Assembly (NCBI GenBank): GCA_965267575.1
Contig: OZ254086.1
Location: 1,248,001-1,312,000 of the forward strand
Origin: Calditrichales bacterium
Lineage (GTDB): Bacteria > Calditrichota > Calditrichia > Calditrichales > J004
Reading direction: 5' to 3'
Length of the DNA: 64,000 bases
Part shown: positions 18,512-29,165 of the stretch, in pieces
Layout of the letters: the number at the start of each line of letters is the position of its first letter
Numbering within the stretch: position 1 is the first letter of the stretch
The notes under the pieces: generated by a model
What the model saw: the letters and a program-made list of their open reading frames with translations, nothing else
Database searches by the model: none
What the model was told of the DNA's origin: nothing
Program-made: the position numbers and the translations under genes

Positions 18512-20245
18512 ATGTCAGAACCTAAAATCAGTTTTTCAAAAGCAATGGTTAGCGGCATCATCCTCGATGATCTGGTTTTCCCCTATCCCAAAATGGAGAA
18601 GGATGAAGCTGAGAATGTCGCCATGATCAAAGATACCTTTCTCAAGTTTGCCAAAGACAAACTGGACCCGGTAAAGATTGACCGCGAGGCAAAGATTCCC
18701 AGCGAAGCCATAGATGAAATGAAAGAGCTGGGCTTTTTCGGGCTGATCATCCCGGAAAAGTATGGCGGCTTTGGTCTCTCCAGTACCGCCTATACCAAAA
18801 TGCTGGGCGTTGTCAGCAGCTGGGACGGCTCCACGTCACTGACGCTCGGCGCACACCAGTCCATCGGTATGAAAGCGCTGCTGCTTTTTGGCAATGAGAA
18901 GCAGAAAAAGAAATACCTGCCCAAGCTTGCGACCGGCGAAATGGTGGCCGCTTTTTGCCTCACCGAACCGGAGGCGGGTTCTGACGCGGCCGGAATTAAG
19001 ACCAGGGCGGTGCGCGATGAGCAACAGAAATGCTACATCATGAACGGCAGCAAGCTGTGGATCACCAACGGAGGAATCGCCGACTTTTTCACGGTATTTG
19101 CCAAAGAGGAGATCACCAATAAAAAAGGCGAAAAGGCCGAGAAGATCAGCGCGTTCCTGGTGGAACGTGCCTGGGAAGGTGTCAGCGTGGGTAAGGAAGA
19201 GGACAAGCTGGGCATTAAGGGCTCATCCACGGCGGCGGTATTTTTTGAAGACGTAAAGATACCTTTTGAAAACGTTGTGGGAGAGCGCGGCAAGGGTTTC
19301 AAGGTGGCCATGGAAGTGCTCAACTCGGGGCGCATGGGTCTGGCCGGCGGCGTTTTGGGGGCGTTGAAAACAATCTACGGAATTACGCTTGAGCATATTT
19401 CACAGCGTAAGCAGTTTCGTAAAACATTGTCGCAGTTTGAAGCGATCAAGCAAAAAGTGGCGCAGATTGCCATTGACCTGTACGCGGCGGAGAGCATGGT
19501 TTACCTGACCACCGGTTTGGCTGATCGCGGCGATATCGACTACTCGGTGGAATCGGCTATGTGCAAAATTGTGGCCACGGATGTCTGCTGGCGCGGTGTG
19601 AATGAATGCCTGCAAATGGCCGGCGGCATCGGCTATATGAAAGAGTATCCTTACGAACGCTATCTGCGTGACGCGCGCATCAACCCGATTTTTGAGGGCA
19701 CCAATGAGATTCTCCGTTTCTTCGTGGCGTTGTCCGGCATGCACGAGCGCGGCGAATACCTGCGGCGTATCGGCGGGGCATTGCGGGCACCGATCAAGGG
19801 CTTTGGTCTGCTGACCGATTTTGCTTCGGATTACGTCCGCTCGCGGATTACCACAGGCCGCATTCGTCACGTGCATCCGGCGCTGGAACACTCCAAAAAG
19901 CAATTTGAAAATTTTGCCAAAGATCTGCATATCACGGCAGAGCGCGTATTGATGCAGCATGCCGGCGATATTATCTACCGCGAGATGATCACAACCAGGC
20001 TGGCCGACGCGCTGCTGGACCTTTACGGTATGATCTGCTGTATTTCACGGGCCGAGCTGCGCATCACCGAAGTGGGCATTGAGAAGTGCCGCGATGAAGT
20101 ACGTATCGTCAACACTTTCTGTGAACAGGCCTGGCGGCGCGTACGTCGCAACCTGCTGATGGTTGACAAAAACAGCGACCAGGCGATGACCGAAATCGCC
20201 GATAATATTTCGGCCCTGAAGCGATTTCCCTATGAAACGGAATAG
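18512..20245 (+). CDS. acyl-CoA dehydrogenase (ACAD9/VLCAD-like long form)
   Basis: AFCLTEPEAGSDA, NGSKLWITNG, IFEGTNEILR plus a C-terminal extension. Confidence 0.93.
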   Translation: MSEPKISFSKAMVSGIILDDLVFPYPKMEKDEAENVAMIKDTFLKFAKDKLDPVKIDREAKIPSEAIDEMKELGFFGLIIPEKYGGFGLSSTAYTKMLGVVSSWDGSTSLTLGAHQSIGMKALLLFGNEKQKKKYLPKLATGEMVAAFCLTEPEAGSDAAGIKTRAVRDEQQKCYIMNGSKLWITNGGIADFFTVFAKEEITNKKGEKAEKISAFLVERAWEGVSVGKEEDKLGIKGSSTAAVFFEDVKIPFENVVGERGKGFKVAMEVLNSGRMGLAGGVLGALKTIYGITLEHISQRKQFRKTLSQFEAIKQKVAQIAIDLYAAESMVYLTTGLADRGDIDYSVESAMCKIVATDVCWRGVNECLQMAGGIGYMKEYPYERYLRDARINPIFEGTNEILRFFVALSGMHERGEYLRRIGGALRAPIKGFGLLTDFASDYVRSRITTGRIRHVHPALEHSKKQFENFAKDLHITAERVLMQHAGDIIYREMITTRLADALLDLYGMICCISRAELRITEVGIEKCRDEVRIVNTFCEQAWRRVRRNLLMVDKNSDQAMTEIADNISALKRFPYETE

Positions 20246-20328
20246 CGATCGCTCTGATTTTATTTATTAAATAAAACTTTGTACATTTAGCGTTTTCATT
20301 TTAAGAAGAACCGTATTAGGAGGAAAAA

Positions 20329-21078
20329 GTGAATATTGCGGTATGTGTAAAACAGGTTCCGGATACGGAAACAAAAGTCAAGATCAGCGATGACAAAAAG
20401 AGCATCGTTGAAGATGATATAAATTTTATCCTGAATCCTTATGACGAATTTGCCGTGGAAGAAGCGCTTAAGCTGAAAGAAGAACACGGTGGCGATGTCA
20501 CGATTATTTCACTCGGGCCCGATCGCATTACGTCCGCTATGCGCAGCGCGCTGGCCATGGGTGCCAACAAGGCGATCCATATCAAGACCGACAAGAACCC
20601 CGATGATCCCGGTGTGGTTGCCGGCGCTTTGGCCGAGGTGCTGAAGGAAGGCAACTACGACATCATTTTTACAGGCAAGCAGGCCATTGACGATGACCAC
20701 GCCCAGATGGCATCGCTGTTGGCGGAAAAACTGGATATGCCGGCCATGACGGTGATCGTGAAGCTGGAGATCAAAGACGGCAAAGCCACGGGCGAGCGTG
20801 AAGTGGACGGCGCCCACGAGATCGTGGAATGTGCGCTGCCCTGCATTATTGGTGCCCAGCGTGGCTTGAACGAGCCGCGTTATGCGTCGCTTAAGGGCAT
20901 TATGGCCGCCAAAAAAGTACAAATCGAAGAGAAGAGCGTTACCCTGCCCGATTCGCAACTGGAAGTGGTTGAATACAACTATCCGCCGGAGAAGACAGCC
21001 GGCAAGATCGTTGGCGAGGGCGCGGACGCCGTACCGGAACTGCTGCGTTTGCTTCACGAAGAAGCCAAAGTACTGTAA
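20329..21078 (+). CDS. etfB: electron transfer flavoprotein beta subunit
   Basis: CVKQVPD, NPYDEFAVEEAL, NEPRYASL; GTG start with AGGAGG RBS. Confidence 0.96.
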   Translation: MNIAVCVKQVPDTETKVKISDDKKSIVEDDINFILNPYDEFAVEEALKLKEEHGGDVTIISLGPDRITSAMRSALAMGANKAIHIKTDKNPDDPGVVAGALAEVLKEGNYDIIFTGKQAIDDDHAQMASLLAEKLDMPAMTVIVKLEIKDGKATGEREVDGAHEIVECALPCIIGAQRGLNEPRYASLKGIMAAKKVQIEEKSVTLPDSQLEVVEYNYPPEKTAGKIVGEGADAVPELLRLLHEEAKVL

Positions 21079-21123
21079 GGCGGCAGTTATACAATCGATA
21101 TGAAAATGAAAGGAATGAAATAG

Positions 21124-22077
21124 ATGAAAGCACTGGTTTTTGCAGAACAGCGTGAAGGCGCCCTACGCAAAATCGCTTTTGAAAACCTGAGCCTGGCCAA
21201 AAAACTGGGTCTCGATTTTGATACCGTCGTCATCGGCGGGGCGATCGAGAACCTGGAGCAGGAGCTGGGGCATTACGGTGCCGGAAATGTTGTCCATTAC
21301 AAAGATGACAAGGTAGCCAATTACACGCCCGACGGTTACGCCGCGATCCTGGCCGAAGCCATGGAAAAGCAGGGCGCGGATGTGCTGATCATGGGTGCCA
21401 CGGCCATGGGCAAAGATTTGGGCCCGCGTGTGGCCGCCCGGCTGAATGCGGCCATGGCCACGGATTGCACGCAGGTGGAACTGGAAGGCGACAATTTCAA
21501 AATCGTGCGCCCGATGTACGCCGGCAAGGTGCAGGCCACCATCCGCCTGACCTCAGCCAAGAAGGTGATCACGGTAAGACCCAACGTTTACTCTGCCGTT
21601 GAGAACAGCTCTTCGCCGAGCGTAAGTGAAGAGGCCGTTTCCGATACCGATTTCAAAACGGTGGTTACGGAGATTAAGACCGGCAGCAAAGGCAAGCTGG
21701 ATGTTACCGAGGCCGACATCGTGGTGTCCGGTGGCCGTGGCTTGAAGGACCCCGAAAACTGGCACCTGATTGAAGAGCTGGCCGGACTGCTTGGCGCCGC
21801 CCATGGCGCGTCGCGTGCCGCGGTGGATGCAGGTTGGCGTCCGCATGACGAGCAGGTGGGACAAACAGGCAAAACCGTTTCGCCCAGCCTCTACATTGCC
21901 GTTGGTATTTCCGGCGCCATTCAGCACCTGGCCGGAATGTCTTCTTCCAAGTACATCGTGGCCATAAACAAGGACCCGGAAGCGCCCATCTTTAAAGTAG
22001 CCGACTATGGCATCGTTGGTGACCTGTTTGAGGTGGTGCCAAAGATGATAGAAGAGTTGAAACAACAACGCCAGTAA
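21124..22077 (+). CDS. etfA: electron transfer flavoprotein alpha subunit
   Basis: [36 protein letters not shown]. Confidence 0.96.
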   Translation: MKALVFAEQREGALRKIAFENLSLAKKLGLDFDTVVIGGAIENLEQELGHYGAGNVVHYKDDKVANYTPDGYAAILAEAMEKQGADVLIMGATAMGKDLGPRVAARLNAAMATDCTQVELEGDNFKIVRPMYAGKVQATIRLTSAKKVITVRPNVYSAVENSSSPSVSEEAVSDTDFKTVVTEIKTGSKGKLDVTEADIVVSGGRGLKDPENWHLIEELAGLLGAAHGASRAAVDAGWRPHDEQVGQTGKTVSPSLYIAVGISGAIQHLAGMSSSKYIVAINKDPEAPIFKVADYGIVGDLFEVVPKMIEELKQQRQ

Positions 22078-22082
22078 AAATT

Positions 22083-22112
22083 AAAGCCCCGGTTGTGCCG
22101 GGGCTTTTTTTT
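22083..22112 (+). terminator. intrinsic terminator of the fad-etf operon
   Basis: AAAGCCCCGG-ttgtg-CCGGGGCTTTTTTTT. Confidence 0.88.
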
Positions 22113-22193
22113 GTGATTGTTTTTAGGCTTTATTTAACCAACAACATCCATCCGGAATTTAATATACGCTCCCGCATTGTTTTATTGCTTCAC

Positions 22194-22225
22194 GGCCCGG
22201 ATTATGCCCCAACATAATCCGGGCC
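22194..22225. other. perfect 13-bp-stem hairpin
   Basis: GGCCCGGATTATG-ccccaa-CATAATCCGGGCC downstream of the minus-strand lipoprotein gene. Confidence 0.6.
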
Positions 22226-22262
22226 TATTTATCGACAATCATAGGCAGAACCTCCTAGATAA

Positions 22263-23291
22263 TTAATGAGTCATTTTACCTTTCAGGATTACCCTATAAT
22301 AATCGTAATCCTGAATAGCAAATACATAATCATCATTACACCAAAGCCCCCAGATGTTAAGACTGTATGGTGCATTTTTTATCTTTTTCCACGTACTACC
22401 ATTATAGTGATATAACCCAGTCTGATATCCACCCGCAAAAATATTATTTTGCGCGTTACCATGAATAGAATAAATTGTCGATGTATAAAATTGATTGCTC
22501 CATATTCCATCGGCGTACTTATAAACCCCGTCCATAGCTGAATAGAAATTGTTCATGTCATATCCCCACAAATCCATGCCAAAGCCTTTATCAAAAGTTC
22601 TTGAAGAATCCAGGAGTACTATTTTTTCACCAACTAATTGATAAAATCCTGCAAAATACCTTCCATTCTCTTCAGTCTCAGTCCCAATTGCATAAACTGT
22701 TGTATCACTAAAACCCCAAAGGCCTCTAAACTGTATCGATTTTCCGGTTTTGTATTTTGTAAATTCTTCACCATCATATTTAATTATCATACCACTATCA
22801 CAACCAAAAAACATATTATTTGATGAAGTGCCCCACACGGATAGACAAATTGGAAAATCTCGGTTATCCATACGATTCCAGGTACCGTTGTAATGCAGAA
22901 AATAACCGGGAGCTCCTGGTACATCGCTCTTAACGCCATACCCTACAATCCAGAAATCATCTTGCGCAAAACCGAATATTGCTTTATAGGTCGGTACATG
23001 ATCAATTGGCGGTACATACACGTTTTTCCAGGAGTTTCCATCGTAATGCCAGATGCGGTAGCGCGTTAAGCTGCTGTGTCCTACCGCCCACACGTTGTTC
23101 TCATCGGTACCCCATATATCATACAAATAGATTTGGAAAGCTTCTTCTTCATAAAGGGTGTCGCTTGTCCAGGTAAACCTGTGGCTGGTTGTATCCGGGC
23201 CATTTTGTGCGGAGGCAGGGTTTTCACTACAGCTTATTAAAATAAGGGTGATTAAGACAGGCAGTAATATCTTCGTTATAATATTTCTCAT
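22263..23291 (-). CDS. AT-rich beta-propeller lipoprotein (repeated I/L/V-W-G blades)
   Basis: Lipobox LISC; repeats IWGTDENNVWAVG, IFGFAQDDFWIVG, VWGTSSNNMFFG, LWGFSDTTVYAIG, IHGNAQNNIFAGG with HYDG/HYNG-xW linkers. Confidence 0.75.
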   Translation of the reverse strand: MRNIITKILLPVLITLILISCSENPASAQNGPDTTSHRFTWTSDTLYEEEAFQIYLYDIWGTDENNVWAVGHSSLTRYRIWHYDGNSWKNVYVPPIDHVPTYKAIFGFAQDDFWIVGYGVKSDVPGAPGYFLHYNGTWNRMDNRDFPICLSVWGTSSNNMFFGCDSGMIIKYDGEEFTKYKTGKSIQFRGLWGFSDTTVYAIGTETEENGRYFAGFYQLVGEKIVLLDSSRTFDKGFGMDLWGYDMNNFYSAMDGVYKYADGIWSNQFYTSTIYSIHGNAQNNIFAGGYQTGLYHYNGSTWKKIKNAPYSLNIWGLWCNDDYVFAIQDYDYYRVILKGKMTH

Positions 23292-23391
23292 AGCAGCCAC
23301 TCGTTAAGTAGGTTTACTGTTAATATATAAAGAAGAACAGAGAAAAAATACAACAATAAAGTGGTTATTCTTGGCTTTCCTGGTCTCGACG

Positions 23392-23419
23392 TGGATCCCG
23401 GCGCATGGCCGGGATGACA
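23392..23419. repeat. TGAC-family REP-like palindrome
   Basis: TGGATCCCGGCGCATGGCCGGGATGACA, similar to 10537-10568. Confidence 0.7.
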
Positions 23420-23494
23420 TACTTGGTACAATTCCCAATGCGTAGCGGAGACCGCCGGAGCAGGGCTAGTGACGTTCAAAAAGGCAAATAATGG

Positions 23495-23950
23495 TCAGCT
23501 CGTCTCCTCCTTTGCCTTCAGCTTGCCCTCAATCATCTCGCCGTGGGAGAGGCCCAGCAGGCGGCTGATTTTTTTGACCAGCGCTTCCTCGTACTTATCC
23601 ACCTTACCGTCGCTTAACACGAGTCCCCACAGTTTTTCCACGATCACTTTGCGTGTGTCACGGTCAAAGCGTTCTTTAATCTGGCTGGTAAAAAACCAGA
23701 TGTCGGTGTGCGATTGTCTCTTTTCCGCGGCCACTTCAATCAGCTCCTCCACGCGCTCCACGCTGATCTTGAAAAAGGCGCTCAAGGTATCACGCATGTG
23801 CTGTTCTTCTTCTTCGCTGACGGTCTCGTCGGCGTAGGCCATTTCCAGGAAAAGCACGGTGGTGGCCACGGTCAGGTCCACCTGATGGGATGGTTCATCA
23901 GCGGAAGCGCCGCCCATCCAATCGGCAATTTTTTGCCACTGTTTTTTCAT
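23495..23950 (-). CDS. TerB family (tellurite resistance-like) protein
   Basis: LFLEMAYADETVSEEE...LWGLVLSDGKVDKYEEALVKKISRLLGL. Confidence 0.85.
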   Translation of the reverse strand: MKKQWQKIADWMGGASADEPSHQVDLTVATTVLFLEMAYADETVSEEEEQHMRDTLSAFFKISVERVEELIEVAAEKRQSHTDIWFFTSQIKERFDRDTRKVIVEKLWGLVLSDGKVDKYEEALVKKISRLLGLSHGEMIEGKLKAKEETS

Positions 23951-23964
23951 TATTTTTCTCCTAT

Positions 23965-23996
23965 TTCACCATGAAGAGCATGAAGGACATGAAGAA
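23965..23996. repeat. 9-bp periodic CATGAAG repeat (isolated arm)
   Basis: ttcac CATGAAGAG CATGAAGGA CATGAAGAA. Confidence 0.55.
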
Positions 23997-24022
23997 ATAA
24001 ATAGACTAACTCATGCTGTCTT

Positions 24023-24541
24023 TTATTCTGTCTCCAGTAAATCTATGTAGGCTTTAGCAACAAGATCGCTGTCCTTAATGTTCAGAAGGCGCATCAGGTA
24101 GTGTACTTTTTCTTGCGCTTCCCGTTCCGGCGTTTCCTGCTCCATCACCGCTTCCAGTTCGATAAAACGGCCCAGGCCGCGCACATCATCCAGGTGGATG
24201 CGCACATAGTCAAACATGTACAAAAGGCGCTGCTTCTTCACCACGCCGCGGATGCCGTACATGGCCGTCAGCAGCTCCTTCACCCGTTCCAGCTCGTCCT
24301 TTGCCACGGACAGCAACGCGTATTGCGATTCCTTTGGCCCTTTCTCATCGTCACGCAGGTAGGGTATTAAAAACGATTCACCCGTGCCCAGTTCGCGCAG
24401 CTTCAGGCGGCCTTTTGGTGTATTGTAAAAAGTATCTGTTTGCTGCAGGATTGCCTTACGGGCGATGGAGGCTTTTTCCAATGCTTCAACAGCCTTGTTT
24501 AAATCATGGCAGCGTGCCTTTATTTCGATGTTTTTACCCAC
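24023..24541 (-). CDS. CYTH domain protein (class IV adenylate cyclase-like)
   Basis: NIEIKAR (ExExK-like), QTDTFY, RLKLRE, RIHLDDVRGLGRFIELE. Confidence 0.9.
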   Translation of the reverse strand: MGKNIEIKARCHDLNKAVEALEKASIARKAILQQTDTFYNTPKGRLKLRELGTGESFLIPYLRDDEKGPKESQYALLSVAKDELERVKELLTAMYGIRGVVKKQRLLYMFDYVRIHLDDVRGLGRFIELEAVMEQETPEREAQEKVHYLMRLLNIKDSDLVAKAYIDLLETE

Positions 24542-24645
24542 AATAATTTACCCTTGTAAACAACGTAGATTTTTTAGTAATGCTGCCCTAAATTAGAGGC
24601 TTTTATTTTTTGTTGAAAATTTTTGTATATAGGGGCGCTTCCAAA

Positions 24646-25875
24646 ATGAATCGACCCTCATCAAGGAGTATTTTTTTGGCTAAAAACAAGTCCGCTTTAC
24701 TGATCATATTTCTGACCATTTTTATTGACCTGCTTGGTTTCGGCATCATCATTCCCATCATCCCCTTTTACCTGGAGGGCTTTTTGGGTGACGCCGATTT
24801 TATCGGTCGTAACATGGCCGCGATGATCACCCTCTACAGCCTGATGCAATTCCTCTTCGCGCCGTTCTGGGGCCGCTTGTCAGACCGCATCGGCCGCCGC
24901 CCGATCATTATGATCAGCCTGATTGGCACCGCGGTAACGCATGTCTGGTTTGCGTTATCAACGGAGCTGTGGATGCTCTACGCCTCGCGGATATTCACGG
25001 GCATCTTTGCCGCCACCATTCCAACGGCCAACGCCTACATAAGCGATGTAACAACGCCGGAGAATCGCGCCAAAGGCATGGGTCTGGTGGGTGCCGCTTT
25101 TGGACTGGGTTTTATCCTTGGCCCGGCTACGGGAGGTATTTTGTCGCATGTGGGTGGCTACCGGTTGCCTCTGCTGGTTGCCGGCGGCTTGTCCCTGGCG
25201 GCTTTTGTGCTTTCGGTTTTTATGCTGCCGGAATCACGAAAAAAAGATGCGGCGCGCAATTACGAGCGCTTTAAGATAAATTTCATTTTCAACGCCCTGC
25301 GCCATCCGCGGCTGGGATTGCTGTTCGCCATCTTTTTCATTGTAACCATGTCTTTTTCAAATTTTGAAACCATCTTCGCGCTCTACGCCGAAGAGCGTTT
25401 CCAATTTGATGCGCTGCAAGTGGGTTATGTCTTTGCCTTTGTAGGCGTATGCAGCGCGTTGATGCAGGGGGTCTTCATCGGAAGACTCAACAAGCGCTTC
25501 GGCGAGAAAAACCTGATTGCCGCCGCCACGCTGCTTTTGGCAACCGTCTTTATCGTGATGCCTTTTCTGGTGAACATACCCGTGTTTGTTGGCGCGGCCG
25601 GCATAATGGCCATCAGCCTGGGCATGCACAATCCGTCTGTGCTGGCGCTGGTTTCCAAAAACGCCTCAGATAGTGAAAGCGGGGCAATCCTCGGGATAAA
25701 TCATTCCTTTTCCGCGCTGGGCCGTATTTTGGGTCCGTTGTGGGCGGGATTTTTCTTTGACAAGGTGAGTCCGGAATTTCCGCTGATAAGCGCCGGTCTG
25801 CTGATCGCGGTGGCTTTTGCTATGAGTCTGCTGCTTAGGAAAAAGCAAAACCTGGTGGAAAAGGTTAACCGATAA
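24646..25875 (+). CDS. MFS transporter, TetA/DHA1-like
   Basis: FIDLLGFGIIIP, GRLSDRIGRRP (motif A), GAAFGLGFILGPATGG; exact start uncertain. Confidence 0.92.
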   Translation: MNRPSSRSIFLAKNKSALLIIFLTIFIDLLGFGIIIPIIPFYLEGFLGDADFIGRNMAAMITLYSLMQFLFAPFWGRLSDRIGRRPIIMISLIGTAVTHVWFALSTELWMLYASRIFTGIFAATIPTANAYISDVTTPENRAKGMGLVGAAFGLGFILGPATGGILSHVGGYRLPLLVAGGLSLAAFVLSVFMLPESRKKDAARNYERFKINFIFNALRHPRLGLLFAIFFIVTMSFSNFETIFALYAEERFQFDALQVGYVFAFVGVCSALMQGVFIGRLNKRFGEKNLIAAATLLLATVFIVMPFLVNIPVFVGAAGIMAISLGMHNPSVLALVSKNASDSESGAILGINHSFSALGRILGPLWAGFFFDKVSPEFPLISAGLLIAVAFAMSLLLRKKQNLVEKVNR

Positions 25876-25992
25876 AACGGTTCACCTTGTTAATATTTGG
25901 TACTAAACCCGATGACTAAATTCATGGGTTAACTGTGCTTTAATAACCTCACCGGTCAAAAAAAACGGCTCATCGGTTTCCACAGCAAAATT

Positions 25993-27147
25993 CTAGGTGG
26001 CGTCTGCCTCGCCCAGGTTTTTTGTGTTTTCCTCGAGGTTCAGTTCAAAGGCATCACTGTCCTCGCTGATCTCACTGTCTTTGCGGCGCAGCAGGTTCTT
26101 TTCGGAAAGATTTTTTTCGATGATGATATAACCCGTTACCAGCGTGGCATTGATGATGGCGTAACCATAGCCTACGGTCATGTAGCCGGCCAGCATAAGG
26201 AAAATGTAGATGATAACAGCGGAGATTTCCGCAGATGGCCCCAGTGTTAAGGCGACATACTCTTTTTTCAGATAAACCAGTCTCGAACCGGCCTCACCAA
26301 AAATATCACGTACGATTGCATCCAGACCACCGACGGACATCTGCACGTAATAAAGCGCCTGATCCAGAATGGGCGCCAGCGAATGCATCAGCGGCATGAA
26401 CAAAACGGAATAGATTATCAGCCCGATTTTAATTACAAACGCGAATGCGACCGTGCCGGTAATAAAAAGCAGGATGCCCATTAATCCGTAAACACCCAGG
26501 CGCCAGGGCTGGCCCCAGGTGAGATGCATGCACTGCACGGCCGCGCCAAAGCCATCTTCCTCAGAAGAAGCGATAATAGCAGGCGCCAGAAAAAAGGCCA
26601 GGCCGAAGCAGATCGTCATAAACACCAGCACCATGCCGGAAAAAATGTAGGGTAATGTGGCCAACGCGTTGAGGATTTCTCCAAACCAGGGTATGCGGCC
26701 GACCGCGGCCATGAGCAAGGCCCCAACTATGAACGGCGTAATCAAAAAGACAAACGTAATGAAAACGCCAAACAGCGCTCCGGCGCGGCGGAAAGCAAAA
26801 GCGATCGCCTGGCGGCCCGTGTAAAAATAGTTATCACGCAGATACATATAGACCGCGCGGGAAAGAACAGTTGCCGTAAGCAAAAGGCTAAAGGCGCTTA
26901 CAGCAATGCCTGCCCAGCCGATAAGTACACCGGGCAGCGTAAGCTCCATCCCGAAGATAAAGGGCAGCAAGCCCCGGTTTTGCCACACGCTCCCGATTGA
27001 ATGACCGGAAACGATACAGGCCAGATAGGTTGTGCAAAAATAAATAACATGGGTCGCTGCGATACCAAACGTGGCCAGGTACAATCTTTGCGGACTTACT
27101 GCAATCCGTGGGGCTTTGATGATGTCTTTGTAGTTGTAATAGATCAT
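25993..27147 (-). CDS. hypothetical multi-pass membrane protein
   Basis: Many hydrophobic segments; ATGA overlap with the SPOR gene stop. Confidence 0.75.
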   Translation of the reverse strand: MIYYNYKDIIKAPRIAVSPQRLYLATFGIAATHVIYFCTTYLACIVSGHSIGSVWQNRGLLPFIFGMELTLPGVLIGWAGIAVSAFSLLLTATVLSRAVYMYLRDNYFYTGRQAIAFAFRRAGALFGVFITFVFLITPFIVGALLMAAVGRIPWFGEILNALATLPYIFSGMVLVFMTICFGLAFFLAPAIIASSEEDGFGAAVQCMHLTWGQPWRLGVYGLMGILLFITGTVAFAFVIKIGLIIYSVLFMPLMHSLAPILDQALYYVQMSVGGLDAIVRDIFGEAGSRLVYLKKEYVALTLGPSAEISAVIIYIFLMLAGYMTVGYGYAIINATLVTGYIIIEKNLSEKNLLRRKDSEISEDSDAFELNLEENTKNLGEADAT

Positions 27148-27905
27148 GGTATCCGTTCTACGATCCAGGCGTCGGGGTAACCCGAAGCACGTACGTTATT
27201 AAGCTCAGCCTCCGCCTCTTCGCGGGTGACAAAAGGCCCGACGAAAACTTTGTAAAGCTGCCCGTCCCGTTTATAAAAAGCGTTGCTGGCCGCGACGTTC
27301 TGCCATTGGTTCACAAGCGTTTTGGCTTTCAGCGAATCAGACGATGCCAGGAGCTGTATGCTGAACCGTCCCGCGTTTTGGATGCCGGCTTGCGGCTTTA
27401 CAGATACGCTGTCCGCTTCGATCGGGATATTTATTTTTGTAGCTACGACCCACGCTTTGTCAAATCCTGTTTTACGCATATCCATCACCATCATGTCCGC
27501 TCCGGGGCGGTATGGGAAATCACCTGCCTGCACTTTGTAAAGGGCATCCTGCCGCACGAGATAAACAGAGTCTTCGACACTTGCCGCCACCTGGCTTTTT
27601 ATAGCCGCCGCATTCAGCGAATCGATGCCGGCAAAAACCTGTACGCGAAATCCGTCGATCTGCTTGTGGGTCGGTGCGGGTGGCGGAGGCGGCGGGAGAA
27701 CGGTCACGGTCAGGCGTACATCCTGTCCATAACCGGCCTTGAGGCTGTCCAGAAACGGATCGTTTACCGGCTTGGGCTGATAATACAAAACGCTGTCTGC
27801 AGCGGTTGAAGCTTCCATACGCCCGCGGCGCACCCCTTGTGGCGGTTGACATGCCGCAAGCAATAATACAATCGCCAAAAACAATAATATAAGTTTAGTG
27901 CGCAT
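27144..27905 (-). CDS. SPOR domain lipoprotein (two SPOR domains)
   Basis: Lipobox LAAC; GFRVQVFAG...YKVQAGDF...AWVV and FSIQLLAS...YKVFVGPF...AWIV. Confidence 0.88.
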   Translation of the reverse strand: MRTKLILLFLAIVLLLAACQPPQGVRRGRMEASTAADSVLYYQPKPVNDPFLDSLKAGYGQDVRLTVTVLPPPPPPAPTHKQIDGFRVQVFAGIDSLNAAAIKSQVAASVEDSVYLVRQDALYKVQAGDFPYRPGADMMVMDMRKTGFDKAWVVATKINIPIEADSVSVKPQAGIQNAGRFSIQLLASSDSLKAKTLVNQWQNVAASNAFYKRDGQLYKVFVGPFVTREEAEAELNNVRASGYPDAWIVERIP

Positions 27906-29143
27906 TAATAAAGCCTCCGCAAGCGCGTGCCCGGAAAATAGCTCTCCAGAATGTGGTAAAATAACAGGCCTTTTTCCGCCTTGTCCACCGCGCCCCATTG
28001 CGACATACCGACGCCATGGCCGTTGCCGCCGCCATGAATTACCAGGCCCGTATCACTGGCGCTAAGATAAAACAGCGTGCTGGGCAAGAGGCGCCCCGCC
28101 GGCCAGCCAAAGTAGCGACGGATCTCGTAATTCTGCAGGTCAAAGCTGTCATCACCGTATGTAACGTTCATTTTTTTAACACGATTGGACGCAGAGCGCT
28201 CCAACACTTTAAAGGCGTAGGGCAGGCGCAGCGTATCTGAGACAGCCTGCGGCTTTTGGCCCTTACCGCGGAAAGCCTTGTATAACGAATCGAGTTGCGC
28301 CAATGTGCGCGTTTGCTTCCAGCGGAACCAGGGCTTGTCCGATCCTGCCAGGCGATCACCGATAACGTCCTGGCGGGCCATCATGTATGTGAGATTGGCT
28401 CCCGGCCACAAAACAGAGTCCTCTTCCAGCATGCCGCCGCTGTGTGAGTGATAGTAAACCCGGGCAAGCTCGTCGTTGTAAACCAGCACACGGCCACGGG
28501 TTTTATCAACGGCCTGGTTGCTCCATTCCGTACGTCCGGTCAGCGAGCCGTAGGCCTGGTCGCGCACATCGGCATGCATGTGGTAAATTTCGTTTCCACG
28601 CTGCGCGATGCGGTTTAGGGCGTAGGTACGGGCGCAAACGGCCTGCGCTTTTATGGCTTCCAGGTAAACTTGTTTTGCTGAAGGAATTTCCGCCGGAACG
28701 ACGCTCTTCAGGTAATCTTCCAGATCGATGACATTTACAAGCAGAAGGCTGTTGTCATCGGCGCGCTGAATAAAGATCTCTCCATTGTAGCGTTTTGTAT
28801 CGAACGCAAACCAGGCACCTTCTTCACGGGGAACAAAACGCACGACATCCGCCGGGCGAAAAAGGAACAGCCGCTGCTCATTAAAAAGCTTGTAGCCATC
28901 GGGCAGCGGTTCAATAATTATACGATTGTTGTTACGCCCGAATTCGTAATTGGCCTCTTCACTATTCAGATCGAAGGTTTGGTGGAAGTAGAGCGTGTCC
29001 GGCGCTGATATCTTTTTCAAGAGCACTTTTACCGTGGGTGCCGGTTCGCGTGCTTCGCGGATCTGATCGCGCGGGACACAGGCAAAAAGCAGCAATATCA
29101 GCAGAAAAGCCGGGTAGCGCTTAATAAAATTTAATGGATTCAT
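27905..29143 (-). CDS. SpoIID/LytB domain lipoprotein (lytic transglycosylase-like)
   Basis: LEDYLKSVVPAEI, EAIKAQAVCARTYA, DQAY, GHGVGMSQWGA; lipobox LFAC. Confidence 0.92.
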   Translation of the reverse strand: MNPLNFIKRYPAFLLILLLFACVPRDQIREAREPAPTVKVLLKKISAPDTLYFHQTFDLNSEEANYEFGRNNNRIIIEPLPDGYKLFNEQRLFLFRPADVVRFVPREEGAWFAFDTKRYNGEIFIQRADDNSLLLVNVIDLEDYLKSVVPAEIPSAKQVYLEAIKAQAVCARTYALNRIAQRGNEIYHMHADVRDQAYGSLTGRTEWSNQAVDKTRGRVLVYNDELARVYYHSHSGGMLEEDSVLWPGANLTYMMARQDVIGDRLAGSDKPWFRWKQTRTLAQLDSLYKAFRGKGQKPQAVSDTLRLPYAFKVLERSASNRVKKMNVTYGDDSFDLQNYEIRRYFGWPAGRLLPSTLFYLSASDTGLVIHGGGNGHGVGMSQWGAVDKAEKGLLFYHILESYFPGTRLRRLY

Positions 29144-29165
29144 CTAATAGTGGTGCTTCTTTTTG

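Noticed and set aside
14977-22068. many minus-strand ORFs of 100-270 aa across the fad-etf operon
   Set aside because: Antisense shadows of well-supported genes.
23495-24541. TerB plus CYTH as a defence or second-messenger system
   Set aside because: Both look like ordinary stand-alone families; no effector, sensor or other ter genes are nearby.
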